Source: Lama guanicoe (Eukaryota). From it: a stretch of DNA of 64,000 nt. The position numbers and the translations under genes were made by a program. Of this stretch, positions 49,846 through 61,985 are shown piece by piece. How positions within the stretch are numbered: position 1 is the first letter of the stretch; the number at the start of each line of letters is the position of its first letter. Below the pieces are notes generated by a model that saw nothing but the letters and a program-made list of their open reading frames with translations, had not been told where the DNA came from and did not search any database. The DNA lies in assembly GCA_013239625.1 (NCBI GenBank), contig MU054001.1, forward strand, positions 620,001 to 684,000. Reading direction: 5' to 3'.

Positions 49846-50464
49846 CACGAACATGCCATCATAAGCATGTCGATGGGTTCTCTCCCTGTAGGCACAGGGC
49901 CCTGGAGGAGGTGCTGAAGATACCCCTTCCACTTCCCCAGGGGAGAAGGTGGGCAATGGCCCACTGGCCCGAGAGGAGGAGCTTTGGCTTTGATTGAAGA
50001 AAGGGCCCCAAGAGAGCAGCTGGACTTCTTCAGGGGCATGGGGCAAGCCCGTGTTTGCACACTGAAGGGAAAAAAAAAAAAAGTCAACCAAACTATTTGG
50101 CCTATTAAACACTGATCCTATTATTCCCAACCTTGAACTTCAACTGTTGCCATTATTCATCGAGACAGCACAGCCCTAATCCCTCGGTCTTAGCCAAGCC
50201 CCAGGCTTGCCTGTGCTTCTTGCAGTGGATCCCATGAGCAGATCCAAGCCGCAAAAAGAGGAAAAAGGAGAGCAAATGACCACCAAGAGGTTGAGGATAC
50301 CTCTGAATCCAGGCCTGCATGTCCCAGCAAAACTTCAAAGGAGAAATGACATTTTCTTATTGGTGGGCTGTTCCCAGGAGAAATAGGTCTGAAATAGTAA
50401 ATGCTGGGTGTGGAACATGGAATGTAGTATATTCTTTGGTGAATGTTCTACATCATGTTGAAAG

Positions 50465-50740
50465 CAATAATAGTTCATACTTACAGAGCACCAATTCTGT
50501 GCTAGTCACTTTTCCAAGAAGCTTACCTATATTAACTCATTTTACCTCATATGACCATCCAGTGAAGAACTGTTTTCACCTTCCCATTTTACAGATGAGG
50601 AACAACAGAGGCACTGAGAGATCAAGTAATTTCACCCAAGGTCACATAGCCATTGAGTAAGTAGCAGAGCTGGGATTCAGACCCAGGCAGCCAGGTTCCC
50701 CTGAGTGCATGATCGTAAGCTCTCTACTACACAGCCTCCT
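50465..50740 (-). mobile_element. MIR SINE, near full length
   Basis: cccattttacagatgaggaacaacagaggcactgagagatcaagtaatttcacccaaggtcacatagc...gcagagctgggattcagacccaggcag. Confidence 0.9.
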
Positions 50741-50849
50741 CCAAAGTCCGCAGACTGAAGTGAAGGGATGTACACTTGCATTCATGCGTTTATTTATTGT
50801 GCAGATCTGGGAGCATCTGTTATAAACAAGGGCTCCAAAAGCAAAAATA

Positions 50850-51040
50850 GCAACTCTTTACCGTGGAACAGTGTTTTAGAAAGTACTTCCTTGATGGTCT
50901 GATGATCCTCTTCACAGATGTGGACACCTGACGCCCAGAGAACTTACATGCCTTTGTCAAGTTCCCACAATTAGAAACAGAACAGGTTAGACCCTGAACC
51001 TGGATGTTCTGACCCCAGACTCAGTGTTGTTTCCACCCTA
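50850..51040 (-). mobile_element. MIR SINE
   Basis: ttcacagatgtggacacctgacgcccagag...tcaagttcccacaattag...tgaacctggatgttctgacccc. Confidence 0.65.
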
Positions 51041-52085
51041 ACACACTTATTTAAAATACTGAAGTTCAAAACAGACATGTGATAGGAATGAAACAAGATA
51101 GAAATGATTGGTGCTTTTCCATGTTAAATACCATGGGTAGATTACCATTATGTAAGAGCCTAAATGCCACCATTCTAATGGAAAAACTTACCCTCTTTAT
51201 TAGCTTTCCTGGAGAGATGTTGGAGTGTCTTGTTTTAAAAGAATAAATATAGAACATCTGATAAAATGCACAACTAAACCAGCCACAATTTCCATTCCGA
51301 AGAAAGTATTGTCCCGAACCCCAGACTATTAGCTAAAAAACCCTCTTTGCCAGTTTATGAAAATAATTTGGGGTCCACATTTCTCCCCATTACAGGTTGA
51401 CTGGCCCACTTCAAAGGTCGCCCTTTTGAAATGAACTCTCATTAAAATGCTCGGTTAGTGACATCGATAAGTTTATCCCTTGCAGAAGGCAAGCGCACTG
51501 GGGCTGTCATGACACGGTCTTTCGGTGTTCTTAGGGCATTGATTAACCCTCACCTGCCAGAAATCATTAGCAACCAGATTGCTATTTTCTGATAGTTTTG
51601 AAAGGAGGGTAAGTTTTAGTAAATAATCATTGGCTGCTTTCCCAAGGGGGAAAACCAGGCTGGAGAAGCACTGAAACGCCACATTGGTTTATTTTTCAGT
51701 GGGTGTATTTAGGGAGGAATGGAAATTGCATTCCAAGCAGCTAATTATAGGATAAGTGTGCCTACTTAACCAGGCAGCAAGCATGTCAGCTCTGCACAGA
51801 GCTATTGCATTATATACATTTTCTGTTCTCTGGGTAATTAACAGGATCAAAATATTACTGTCAGATTCGAGGGGAAAATTAACACATTATCTTAATTGTC
51901 TTTTCTACTCAGGTACAAGGCATTACCATTTCAAAAAGGACTTGTCTAATACATTGGAATTTTAAACTGCAATTCCTAAAGATGCCGTTAATCCCTATCC
52001 AAACTTTGATCTACTGTTTGTGATATCTTTGGACCCTGATTTTTCTGTTTTACTTTTGAACTTTAAAAAATGGTAACAGAGGGTG

Positions 52086-52822
52086 CAATGACGCTCTGAA
52101 CTCAGCTCATGCTACCCCATAAGAGCCGGCTGCTAAATTTTCAGAAATTTTAAAGAACTGGGTAGACACACTATTATTAAAAAGTAAACACTATAAATTT
52201 ACAACTAAAGAAATGATACCAAGACAAAGGAGATAAATACTGTATTTAAAACTTACTGCTTCCTAATTTTACTACACTTTACTATTACCTATGTTAATGA
52301 GGTTATCTCCATTGCATCTATGTGGTAGGGACTGTACAATGGTGACCTGGTGCTTAGCTTTTTGCCAGCTCTGCATTCAGTGACATTACATTGGTAACTT
52401 GACATCAGCCACGGTGCGGGTATTACACCATGGAAACTGGTAAATACTACAAATCAAGGCTTTGTTAATTGTCTAGACCAGCGTTGGCAAACTATAGCCT
52501 GTGGGCTGGATGCCTAGTAAAACAGCCATAGTAAATAGTAAATAAATAAGTTAAAAAACGAAATAAATAAAATAGTAAGTAGATGTATTGGAACACAGCC
52601 ATGGCCATATGTTTATATATTATCCATGGCTGCTTTTGTGCTACAACCACAGAACTGAGTAGTTCCTACAGAGACCCTATGTTCCGAAAGCCTCAAATAT
52701 TTACTATCTGGCTCTTTACGGGAATGTTGCTGACCTCTGGTCTATATTAAGAAAGTAATGGAGAAAACACTGATAACGCACCTGCAGTTTATAAGTGTAT
52801 CATGTTTGTAGCCGTTACATTG
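52086..52822 (+). mobile_element. MER63-family hAT-Blackjack element, split by MER58A
   Basis: agagccggctgctaaattttcagaaatttt...ctctgcattcagtgacattacattggtaacttga...acaccatggaaactggtaaatactacaaatcaaggc. Resumes ttaagaaagtaatggagaaaa...tgtagccgttacattg. Confidence 0.75.
52479..52739 (+). mobile_element. MER58A hAT-Charlie MITE
   Basis: cagcgttggcaaactatagcctgtgggc...tattggaacacagccatg...aaatatttactatctggctctttac...ttgctgacctctg. TSD gtctagac (52471-52478) / gtctatat (52740-52747). Confidence 0.9.
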
Positions 52823-52829
52823 GTAACCG

Positions 52830-53190
52830 GGGTGTGCAACTATAAAGAAGCCAGGGACATTCATCTTCAGGCAGGGCTGTATCTAGGAGTTCAAATGATG
52901 TCATTGGATCTCTCAGCTTTGCTTTCCTCTCTATTAACTGTATTTTCAGACAGGGTTTACCAGAATGTGACAAAACGGCTTCCCACAGTCCCTAACATTC
53001 TAGCTATAGTGTATATCACTTTCACAGTAGCTGCAGCAGCAAAAGCCCTATGCTTTATTAACCTGCCCTGGGCCATGTGCCCAAGTGTGCACCTATCACA
53101 GAGATAGAGTGCCCTGATTGGTTAGGCGTAAGACATGAGCCCATCCTAAGAGCTGGGGGTTAGGGTCAGTATCAGCCCCACCCGGACGCC
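52830..53190 (-). mobile_element. Probable MLT1 LTR fragment
   Basis: tcttcaggcagggctgtatctaggagttcaaatgatgtcatt...gccctgattggttaggc...gacatgagcccatcctaagagctggggg. Confidence 0.55.
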
Positions 53191-53227
53191 CTAATTGAGA
53201 CAATGCAAACATCGCCTAAGCCTCTTA

Positions 53228-53390
53228 GCCCTTGCTGCTCAGAGTGGTCCATGGGCCAGTATCATCTGGGAGCTTATTAGAAATGCAGAAGCACAGAGCC
53301 CTTCCCAGACTTCCCGAACCGGAACCTGCGTTTTGACCAGACCTGCAGGTGACTTGTATGCCTGTCATGGTAGGAGGGGTGCTGCTCTAG
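53228..53390. mobile_element. MER5A MITE
   Basis: agtggtccatgggccagtatcatctgggagcttattagaaatgcagaa...ctgcgttttgaccagacctgcaggtgacttgtatgc. Confidence 0.8.
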
Positions 53391-55304
53391 GCCAGACATT
53401 TCACTATGCAGGAAACCAGGGCTCGGAAGTTTCGATGCCTTTTCCACTGTCATCCAGATTAAGCGCTAATACTGCTACAACCAGAAGTCAATTCTGATCG
53501 CCAGCCCACTGTTCTCGCTGATACCCCAGCACACCTGCCGACACGTGATTCCCTGAACACAACTGCTGCGGGTGCTCGCCCTGACCTCTTAGTCTGAAGC
53601 TGTCTTGAATTCTATACCCTGTCAGGAAAGAGGTTTTAAGATAAGACCAGAAAAAAAGAAATTCCCAGTGTTTCCCAAAAGGAGCCTGTCTTCAGCTCTC
53701 TGTTGGCAAGAAATACAAAGTTAGACTCCCCAACAGTTACTTACCCACACGTTGCTGACGTTCCGTTAGTCCCCAGGCACCAGGTGGTCCTGTTTTATTT
53801 ATGTTGGGCTAACACTGAATCGTGTGTATTTTCATCATCATTACCATTATCACAACAACAACAACAATGGTGGTGATAAATACATAGTTTTAAAAGTCAG
53901 CAGTGCTCTTTATCATCCTTGGAACAAATGCTTGGTCTCTCCCCTATTTCCTTTACATGTTGACATCAAGAATGACACACATGGTTAACAGATTTTCCAC
54001 ATGTTTTTCTCCTTGGCTGACATCTCCCCACTCAATCAGAGCGAAGTCTGTGATCAGAGAGAGTGTTGATTGACTGCTTAGAGGGCATGAGCCTTCACAA
54101 AAACACAGGCATGACAGTTTATATAAATATCCTGACACTTTTTTCTTATTCACCCTCTTCCCTTAAATTCCCGTTTTTCTTTTTCTCTTTGAGCTTAAAA
54201 TTAATATTTTCTTTGTGGACATGCAATATCCCAGCATGCCTTGGAGCTCACTCAAGCAGCTTGTTAGCATTTCCTACTTAATTGGATCTCTTTCTCCCTT
54301 ACCCATGTGGAATTCTCCTGCCACAGGTTTCCAATCGATCTAACGTCAAAAAAGAAAGAAAAAAAGATCATCTCCCCAAATTACAGCGTGTAATATATTG
54401 TTTCCTTTGGGAGGATAACCACAAAGATTCAGACTTAGGCTGATGCTATTTGGGGTTCCGGGACTACAGAGTTCCAATTATTTGGGTAATTTGGGCAAAC
54501 AGACCCTCTCTTATTTGTCCAAATTAGTTGGCTAATTGCAGCTGTTTGGTTCTGACCTGGAGGGATTTTGGCCACTTCCAAAGTACGGGGAAATAAATGA
54601 TGTCGTTTCCTTTGGAACAACATTAAAGTTGGAAAGATTTTAATATGTGCAATTTTCCCACTGATAACATTTAACTTTCTGGACACCCTGGAGTGGAAGG
54701 AAGATTATACTATATTGACAGAGGTGAAATAATTTTTTTCAGTTCACGGTCTCAGCAATCTATCATAATTATGTAGTACATGTTTCCCAAAACTCCTTCA
54801 GCAACTGGAGGAGACTGGTGAAATATTCTCTTCTAGTCATCCGGAAAATTTCAACTGGCAGTCGGCTGACCCCAAGCTCTGTCAACATCCACCCAAGATC
54901 TTACGGGATTCGGAATTCATCCCAGGTTGGTCCTGGGAATGGAATTGGCTGTGACATTAGTGCTGTCCCAGGGCTATACTTTTACCCTGGAGGAAGAGCA
55001 TCTCCATCCTTTGTCTTCATTCTGTTGCCTGCTTCATCCTGTGGTGCGTGCATCCCGGTGGTGCAGTGGTCCCTGACTTTAAGGGGACTCCATTACTAAA
55101 AGGTAAATCCTTCCATCCTTTCTGAACATGTGTTTCCTAGGCTCACTCTTTCCAAGAGCCCAACAGCGCTGTCTCTTTGCATTCCCTGATACCCAGGGAG
55201 TCACATGTCCCAAGAGCAGTCCTTACCAGCGAAACTGTAAACTACTCCCCTACCCCTACGCTAGTCCCAGGATATGCGACAGACGTCTCTTAGCTCGTCT
55301 TTGG

Positions 55305-55440
55305 TTAGACGCTGTAGGAACAAGTCAAGAACTGTGCGTTCAAATCCCAGTTCTGACTGTCTTGCTGTTTGGCCTTGGAAGAGTGCATTCGTTTCCCCAG
55401 ACTTCAGTTTTCATGTCTATAAAATGGAAGGCATTAATCA
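55305..55440 (+). mobile_element. MIR SINE fragment
   Basis: gttcaaatcccagttctgact...ggccttggaagag...ttcagttttcatgtctataaaatgg. Confidence 0.7.
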
Positions 55441-57170
55441 AGGTCTAGGTAAATCCAAATCCAAAAGATGTATCCATTTTAACAGAACATTATCAAACAC
55501 TGAAATTTAGAATATGGAGTTTCCCACCTCGGAAAAATGCCAATTATTATGCATCTGGAAGAGCTAGCAAAATGATGACCAGTCTTAAAACAGCAGTGTA
55601 GTCATGGCCCCTAGTAAATAAAAAGCCGCTGTGTCAACCTGACCCCTGTGCAACGAATGTTTTTGTCTCTGCTCCCGTGAATGTCTAAGCACTTCTAAAG
55701 AGAAAATTTCAACTCTAGTTTTCCCCTTTGTGGGCCAATCTTTTGAACTGCAAATAGATGAACTGAGACTATTTATGCATTCAACTTCTCCTGTACATGT
55801 TTGTTTGACTGGTAAGATGGAAGGTATGGGGCTATTTAAAGATATCTTTGAGAATAATGTAAGTACACAAGGGGGCCAGGAATAATAGGTTAACATCACA
55901 GAAAATGTAGGTTGGGTATAAACTTCCCGGCAGTTGGCATGATTCAATTATGAAGTAGTATCCCATAGGAAGGGCTTTGATCATCTGTGCTGGAGACGTT
56001 TGCAATTTTGCTGGATTTTTGAAAAATCTCTAAGTGATCTTTGCAAAAAACAACAACAACAACAACAAAAAACCAAGAGGATAGGCTGCTGAATTTGGGG
56101 TCTTTTTCTGCATTTCTTTCTTTCTTTCTTTTTTCCCTTCCACTTGCTAATTTCTTTGAATAATCATTACAATGAACTGTCACAAAGGATTCATTTAAGA
56201 TTTCAGAATAACGATGGCATCTGTGTACTTTGTAGAGGGCTACAGAAGCCTAATCCAATGCTGTTGGCTCCTTTATTTTTGGATAACTGTTTAAAATAAG
56301 ACACTGAGAGCAAAAAAAGAAAAAAAAAGAAAAAAAGAAAAAAAAACCCACACTCTAAAAATGTGTAGTTTAAAAAGTTATTATGAGCAAACCTCCCTGC
56401 AGTCACCCCTCAGATCAAGAAACAGGATTTTGCCAGGCACCCGAGAAGACCCTTTATGTGCCCCATTCCAATCACAGCATCTTTCCTCCCCACAACCCTG
56501 ACCTTTTGTGTCACATCCTTGTAGTTCTGTATAGTTTCATTGGTTAAGTTGGACATCCCTAGACACTATGTTTTAGTCTTGCCCATTTTAAAAGACATTT
56601 TATGCTTTTAAAATTTCTCTCAATCTATAAGTTTTTCTCTCCATCCTTTCCTGTTCCTTAACTATTGCTGATGAAAGAACTTAGGACATTTGACCTGAGA
56701 GTTCCCCATAGTCTGGATTTTGTTGATTGCAAATTCAGGGTACCGTTTAGCATGCTCCTCCACCCACTGTATTTCTTTCAAAGTGACCCAGAGGCTGGCC
56801 TGGACTCATGTTTGATCTGTTTGAGAAGAATGTAGTTGATGGTGTGCTCTTTCCCTGGGAAGCGCATGAGTGTGCGTGTCTCTTTTGTGATATTAGCAGC
56901 TGTAGACATGTAATGCTTAGATCCTTTCACTCGAGTTTGGAAAATGATAATATTTTAACTCTTAACATTTGTTCCCATTTAGCTAGAAATGTGAATGTAA
57001 AGAGGTGCTTGCTCTCATCTGTATTTGATTGCCCAGTGGCACAATTTATACATGAAGATTGGATAAAGGCTTAGTTTCCCCCCTATATTTATGAATTTTC
57101 AAGATAATGAATTGGATCCCTACATTCCAAAGGTGACTAATCAGTGTCTTAAAAATATCGTTATGAATTA

Positions 57171-57603
57171 TCAAAAAAGAGAGAAATAAACCAATTGAGT
57201 ACCAGAAGAGATAAAGAAGGAGGGAGGGAAGGAAGGGAAGAAGGAAGGAGGGAAAGGGAAGGGGGCAAAGAAAAGAAAGAATAGGAGAGGAGAGGAAGCC
57301 AAAAGAAAGGAAAGAAAAAAAATACTTATATATAAATCTAACAAAACATGTGAAGAATCTGTAAGTGTAAAACTACAAAACACTAATGAAAGAAATCAGA
57401 GAAGAATAAATGGAGAGATATTTCCTGTCAGTGGACTTTAGTTTAAATTAATGTATTAATGTCAGTTCATTAATTTTAACAAATATATCATACTAATAAT
57501 GTAAGATGCTTACAGTGGGTGTAGAACATATGGAAACTCTCTGGACTGTCTCTACAATTTTTCTGTAAACTATAACTATTCTAAAATAAAGTTTTTATTT
57601 ACC
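57171..57603 (+). mobile_element. L1 (L1MC/MD-like) ORF2 piece joined to a 3' end, with a GA-rich 5' tract
   Basis: aaatctaacaaaacatgtgaagaatctgta...aaaactacaaaacactaatgaaagaaatc, then tatggaaactctctggactgtctctacaatttttctgtaaac...aactattctaaaataaag. Candidate TSD tcgttatgaa (57158-57167) / tcattacgaa (57609-57618). Confidence 0.75.
57175..57320 (+). repeat. Polypurine (GA/GGAA-rich) tract
   Basis: gaaggagggagggaaggaagggaagaaggaaggagggaaagggaaggggg... Confidence 0.85.
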
Positions 57604-58084
57604 AAAGGTCATTACGAACTCGAGAATTTAGACATATTTGATAGGATTCAATCAGTTGCATTTTTCCTTCGTTTGTTTTGAAGCTTAAATTGTCCTGTTG
57701 CTGGCCTCTTCAAAGCTGGCTTTTGAGTCGTGTTCACATGACCCAAGTCTTTGAAAGTTTTCTGGATATTTGGTACAACCAAGTATTCCTGGCTTATCTT
57801 TTATACTCCTGCCCGAGACATAAAAGCAATCATTTCTCCAAGAAACTGGTTTCTGCTGTTAGTTGGAAATGATATCTCAAGATCACCATCTTTGTGCCAG
57901 GAATGGTCATTTTTAGAAGTCATCAGTAGACCTCATGAGTTTATACTAATGATTCCACTTGAAATTCAAGACCCCAATCATTGGTTTAAAAAAAAAATTA
58001 ACTTAGCCTCTCCTGTAATACATCTGTGTCTCCTTTTTCCCACAAGCAGAATCTTGATTCTCAAAGTTTCAGAACCATACTAAC

Positions 58085-59790
58085 ACTGTACCACCAACAT
58101 AATTAAAAGAAAAGTTTGGTTTCTTTCCCATGTGTTCTTATTCTTCCTGCTTTATAGTTGTACCTATAGATAGCTACACACCCAGGCATAATAGCCCTTA
58201 CAAATTATACTCTTTTTTCTTTTAACCCTCATTTAGCCTTAGTTCCACAAGTAACTATATATTAAAGCTTACCAACAGTCCTCGTGTTGATGCCTTTCAA
58301 GTTGGTCGTCTGAAGCTTGTGTTAGAGAAACTTCCACAGGAAGGGCGCATGGGAACAATATTCTTTGAGTTCTTGTGTATTGATTACATCTGTCTGTATC
58401 CTTTGTACTTTAAAGGTACTATTATTAAATATTAAATTCTTGACATTTTCTTTCCTTGAATTTGTTGAATATTTTAGTCCATTTTCTTCTGACATAAAGT
58501 GCTATTGTTGAACTGATGTGTTTTTCTTTCCCTTATAAATCACTGTTCTTTTTTCTAGTTGTCTAAAGGCTTTCCCCCTTCCTTCCTTCCTTCCTCCTTC
58601 CCTCCTTCCTTGTTTCCCTCCCTTCTTCTTTCTATCCTTTTCTTTTTTCTTTCTATATTCATTTATTTTCTTAGAGTATGTTTTAATGTTGGTAGGTTTG
58701 GGTCAGTAGCCTCAGATATGTAGTGTACTCTTTCAATGTGTAATTTCAAAACTTTTTTTTTTCAGTAAAGTTTTCCTGAATTATAATGTTTAGTATTTGT
58801 TCTCTTTCTTTGTTTTGGTTTTCATTTTTAAAGGCATCCCTGTTATTCCTAAGTTGGATAGTCTTTGGCTATCTTAAGTATTTGTCACTTTATTTCAAAC
58901 CCTTTTTAGTTCTTTCTTAATTTCATTTATATTTATAATATTTTTGTTTTGATTTTTAATTTATCTTAAGGCATAATCCATCATATTCATTTATACTTGT
59001 GTTCCTTCTCATTTAATTTTCATTTCTGAAAGTTATTTTCAATTTCTACTCTTCTTATTCCTGTGGTCTCATCTCCAAGGTTTTCAAATTCTAATCAATA
59101 CTGTACTTTTGTGTCCAGCATATTTTCTTATTGTCTTTTAGTTCATTTAAAAATAGAAGTTTATCATTTTGATCAGTTTTGTGAGCATATTTTCCTGGCA
59201 AGCTTTCATTTTCTGCAGGAATGTTGTTCTGCACCTTTTGCTCTTTTTAAAATAATTTTGTATGGGATTTATCTTTGGTATATATCTGTAGCTCATTTTT
59301 ATGTAGAATTCATTTTTCTGAGCTTTTAGAAGGAAATCTATAAGGAAGCGTCCATAACTTCAAAGAACTCCCTTCTTTGATATTTTTACCTAGTATTAAG
59401 ATGCCCTTTCCTGACTCTGTTTCCCTCCTCCACATTTCCTTAGACCTTTCCCTTCCTTTGTGTGTGTTGACTCCTACTTAATTAGGAATCTGTTTCTGCG
59501 AGTTGTCCTCAGTGTGGGGTCCTCTCCTGGAAGGGAGTCCTGGTGTGCTAGCTTTGGATGTTGAGAGGAGCTAGATCTCTGCAGTCCCTTCACTTCGCAC
59601 TGTGGATTCCTCCTACTCACCCACGATTGGAGTGGGCAAAACCCCTCCCAGTTTTAGCTACTCTTCTGGTATTGGTCTTCCTTGCTTTCTAGTGAACACT
59701 GTTGGCTATTTTGAGATTCTTCTGTTTCTAAGTTCATTGAATTCTCTGTTGCTTCCCTCTGTTTCTTCCTGCACAAGCCTAGTGTCATTG
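58085..59790 (-). mobile_element. HAL1-like (half-L1) / L1 ORF1-region remnant
   Basis: aggaagggcgcatgggaacaatattctttgagttcttg...cattttctttccttgaa...tccattttcttctgacataaagtgctattgttgaa resembles the HAL1 consensus as I recall it. (TTCC)n at ~58575-58625. Confidence 0.6.
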
Positions 59791-59797
59791 GTGGTTA

Positions 59798-60610
59798 CGA
59801 TATTGTGATTTATAATAAGAAATACATATTTGATCTTTATCCCTGTTTCCAGCACAAAGCTCCTAAAAGCGTTGGGATTTTCTAAGTGATAAGAGTAATA
59901 AAGGTGTCTTGATATTCATAAGTAATCCCTGTCAACCACACTTGAGTTTATGTTAATGAAGTGACTTTTGGAAAGCACCAGAGGATGAGGGCTGGTTGCC
60001 AGGGGAACCAACAATGTGACTGGAGAATTGGAACTTTCAGTCCCACCCCCTGACCTTCAGGGAGGGGAGAGGGGTCAATGATTTCATTAATTGTGCCTAT
60101 ATAGTAAAGCCTCCATAAAAATGCAAAAGGATGGGGTTCAGAGAGCTTCAGGTTGGTAAACATGTGGAGATTTGGGGAGAGTGGCATACTTAAGAGAGAG
60201 AACATGGAAGCCCTGCCTCCCTTCCTACACACACCTTGCAGTATGCACCTCTTCCATCTGGCTGCTCCTGAGTTATATCCTTTTATAATAAACTGGCAGT
60301 CTAGTAAGCAAAATGTTTCTCTGAGTTCTGTGAGCCACACTAGCAAATTAAACTCAAGAAGGGGGTCATTGGAACCTCCAGTCTATAGTAGGTTGGTCAA
60401 AAGCACAAGTGACAGTTTGGACTTGTGATTGATGTCTGAAGTTGGAGAGGGGGCAGTCTTGTAGGGCTGACCCCTTAACCTATGGGATCTGACACTATCT
60501 CTAGGTAGACAGTGACAGAATTGAGTTGAATCCTAGGACACCCAGCTGGTGTTGCAGAATTACTTGGTTGTATGGGGAAAATGCACACCTTAGAACTGAT
60601 GTCAGAATTT
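59798..60610 (+). mobile_element. MER21-family ERVL solo LTR
   Basis: gatattgtgatttataataagaaatacatatttg...gggctggttgccaggggaaccaac...gggttcagagagcttcaggttggtaaacatgtggag...ctcttccatctggctgctcctgagttatatccttttataataaac...aattgagttgaatcctaggacacccagctggtg. Confidence 0.9.
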
Positions 60611-60949
60611 TAGTGGATTATTCCCACCTTTTATTTTTGAGGGGGGTTCCTGGGAATACTTGACACATGATATAATTATAAATGGTTTTCATACTGGGAA
60701 TTGGGGAGGTTAAAAAACTATGCCACAGCTTCTCCCTCCTGCTGTTTTCAGAATTTCTCCATTTTTCAGGCCCATTCCTACACCGATTCATCTTTTGATA
60801 GCAAAGGCATAAATATTAATACATACAGAATATGAAACAGAAAACATTTATAGTTGTATTTTATTTAGAAATATTCATATATAAAATAAGTATTAACTTA
60901 TGGAATCTGATTTTTGGGGAAAAATTTTCAGAAAGAAAGAAGTCAACAA

Positions 60950-61154
60950 AATGGGAAAAGGGAGAGTCCATGGGTAGGAGAGCTCCCTTTAGAATCAGAG
61001 GCCTCAGAGAGGAAGAGGCAGAAAAAAGTGGGAGAGTGGAATGAATATTTCCTCACCACCCTACACAACCTCCCCCCGCCCCAACCCTGAAGTCACAGAA
61101 GTCACATCAAAAAATACATGCTTTTAGTGTTCTAAAATATATATACTAGTCACA
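60950..61154 (+). repeat. Inverted repeat, arm A (pairs with 61986-62183)
   Basis: aatgggaaaagggagagtccatgggtagg...gaagtcacagaagtcacat...atactagtcaca aligns end to end with the reverse complement of 61986-62183. Confidence 0.95.
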
Positions 61155-61177
61155 ATATCATAACCATAACTCCTCTC

Positions 61178-61243
61178 TAAAACCAGATTGTATTACCTTT
61201 ATTTTGCTGATGAGACAACTGAGACTCAGAGACAACGTGACCA
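61178..61243 (+). repeat. Direct copy of 62647-62712 (MIR-derived segment)
   Basis: taaaaccagattgtattacctttattttgctgatgagacaactgagactcagagacaacgtgacca vs taaaaccagattgtattacctttgttttgctgatgaggcaactgaggctcagagacaccatgacca (5 mismatches in 66 by eye). Confidence 0.95.
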
Positions 61244-61985
61244 CAAGGAAGATTTTTGCTAATAATACATTTTGGAAAGCTGTTCATCTTAAAGAATTTT
61301 AAGAAACTTTAAGAGAATTTGAAAAGCTGGTAAAATAAGAATATGCACCTCCTTAATTCACAGATGTGGTAATTGAATAGTCCCTGCAAATCTAATTCCA
61401 GACACAGTTCTTCAGACTATTGAGAACCTTAATGATCACAGATAGTCAACCTGGGTTGAAATTATCTGAATCCTTGTTTTTCCTTTTTTGTTTGTTTATT
61501 TGCTCCCCACACTCCCCCTTAGCCATATGATACCACTAGCATTACCATAACTGTAATTAATGTTCAAATAGACTGCTCCTATTTTCAACGTGCTTTTCAT
61601 TTATCTAAAGCTTCTGACCCCCAACCTGCTCCAATTTTTTCCTCTGTTTTTCTTTCCTGTTCTCCTTCTAATGATGGACTCTAGCAATAAAATATATAAA
61701 TACGAACCTCTTTCCTGAGTTCGTTCTTTGTAAATGGTGGATATCTGAGTACAGATGTAGTATTATGAATATGGATGGAAAGTGGAAAACCAAATGCATC
61801 ATTGTGAGGTCCTGTTGATCAAATATTTGAAATTTCTTACTTCCTTTGTACTTCTCTGATTGGGCGTTTATGCAGAATTGCAGGTGTTCCTTTTTTTCTA
61901 GTCACTTAAGTTCTTTCCCTCTGAAGATGGAAAGACAAATGATACTGATATACAATGAGAAAAAGAGAGAAGAACCCTGTGTGTC

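Larger units (their letters stand above)
56350..58080 (-). mobile_element. Old L1 3' UTR fragments (L1ME/L1MC-like), split by a + strand L1 piece
   Basis: cagatcaagaaacaggattttgccaggcacccgagaag, agagttccccatagtctggattttgttgattgc, and caagtattcctggcttatcttttatactcctgccc...aagcaatcatttctccaagaaactggtttc. Confidence 0.7.

Noticed and set aside
49648..50130. Longest ORFs in the track (160 aa here; 155 aa at 5595-6062; 149 aa at 18974-19423; 147 aa at 32173-32616)
   Set aside because: No recognisable domain or convincing splice context. Several overlap L2, MIR or MER81 repeats, and such lengths are expected by chance in 64 kb.
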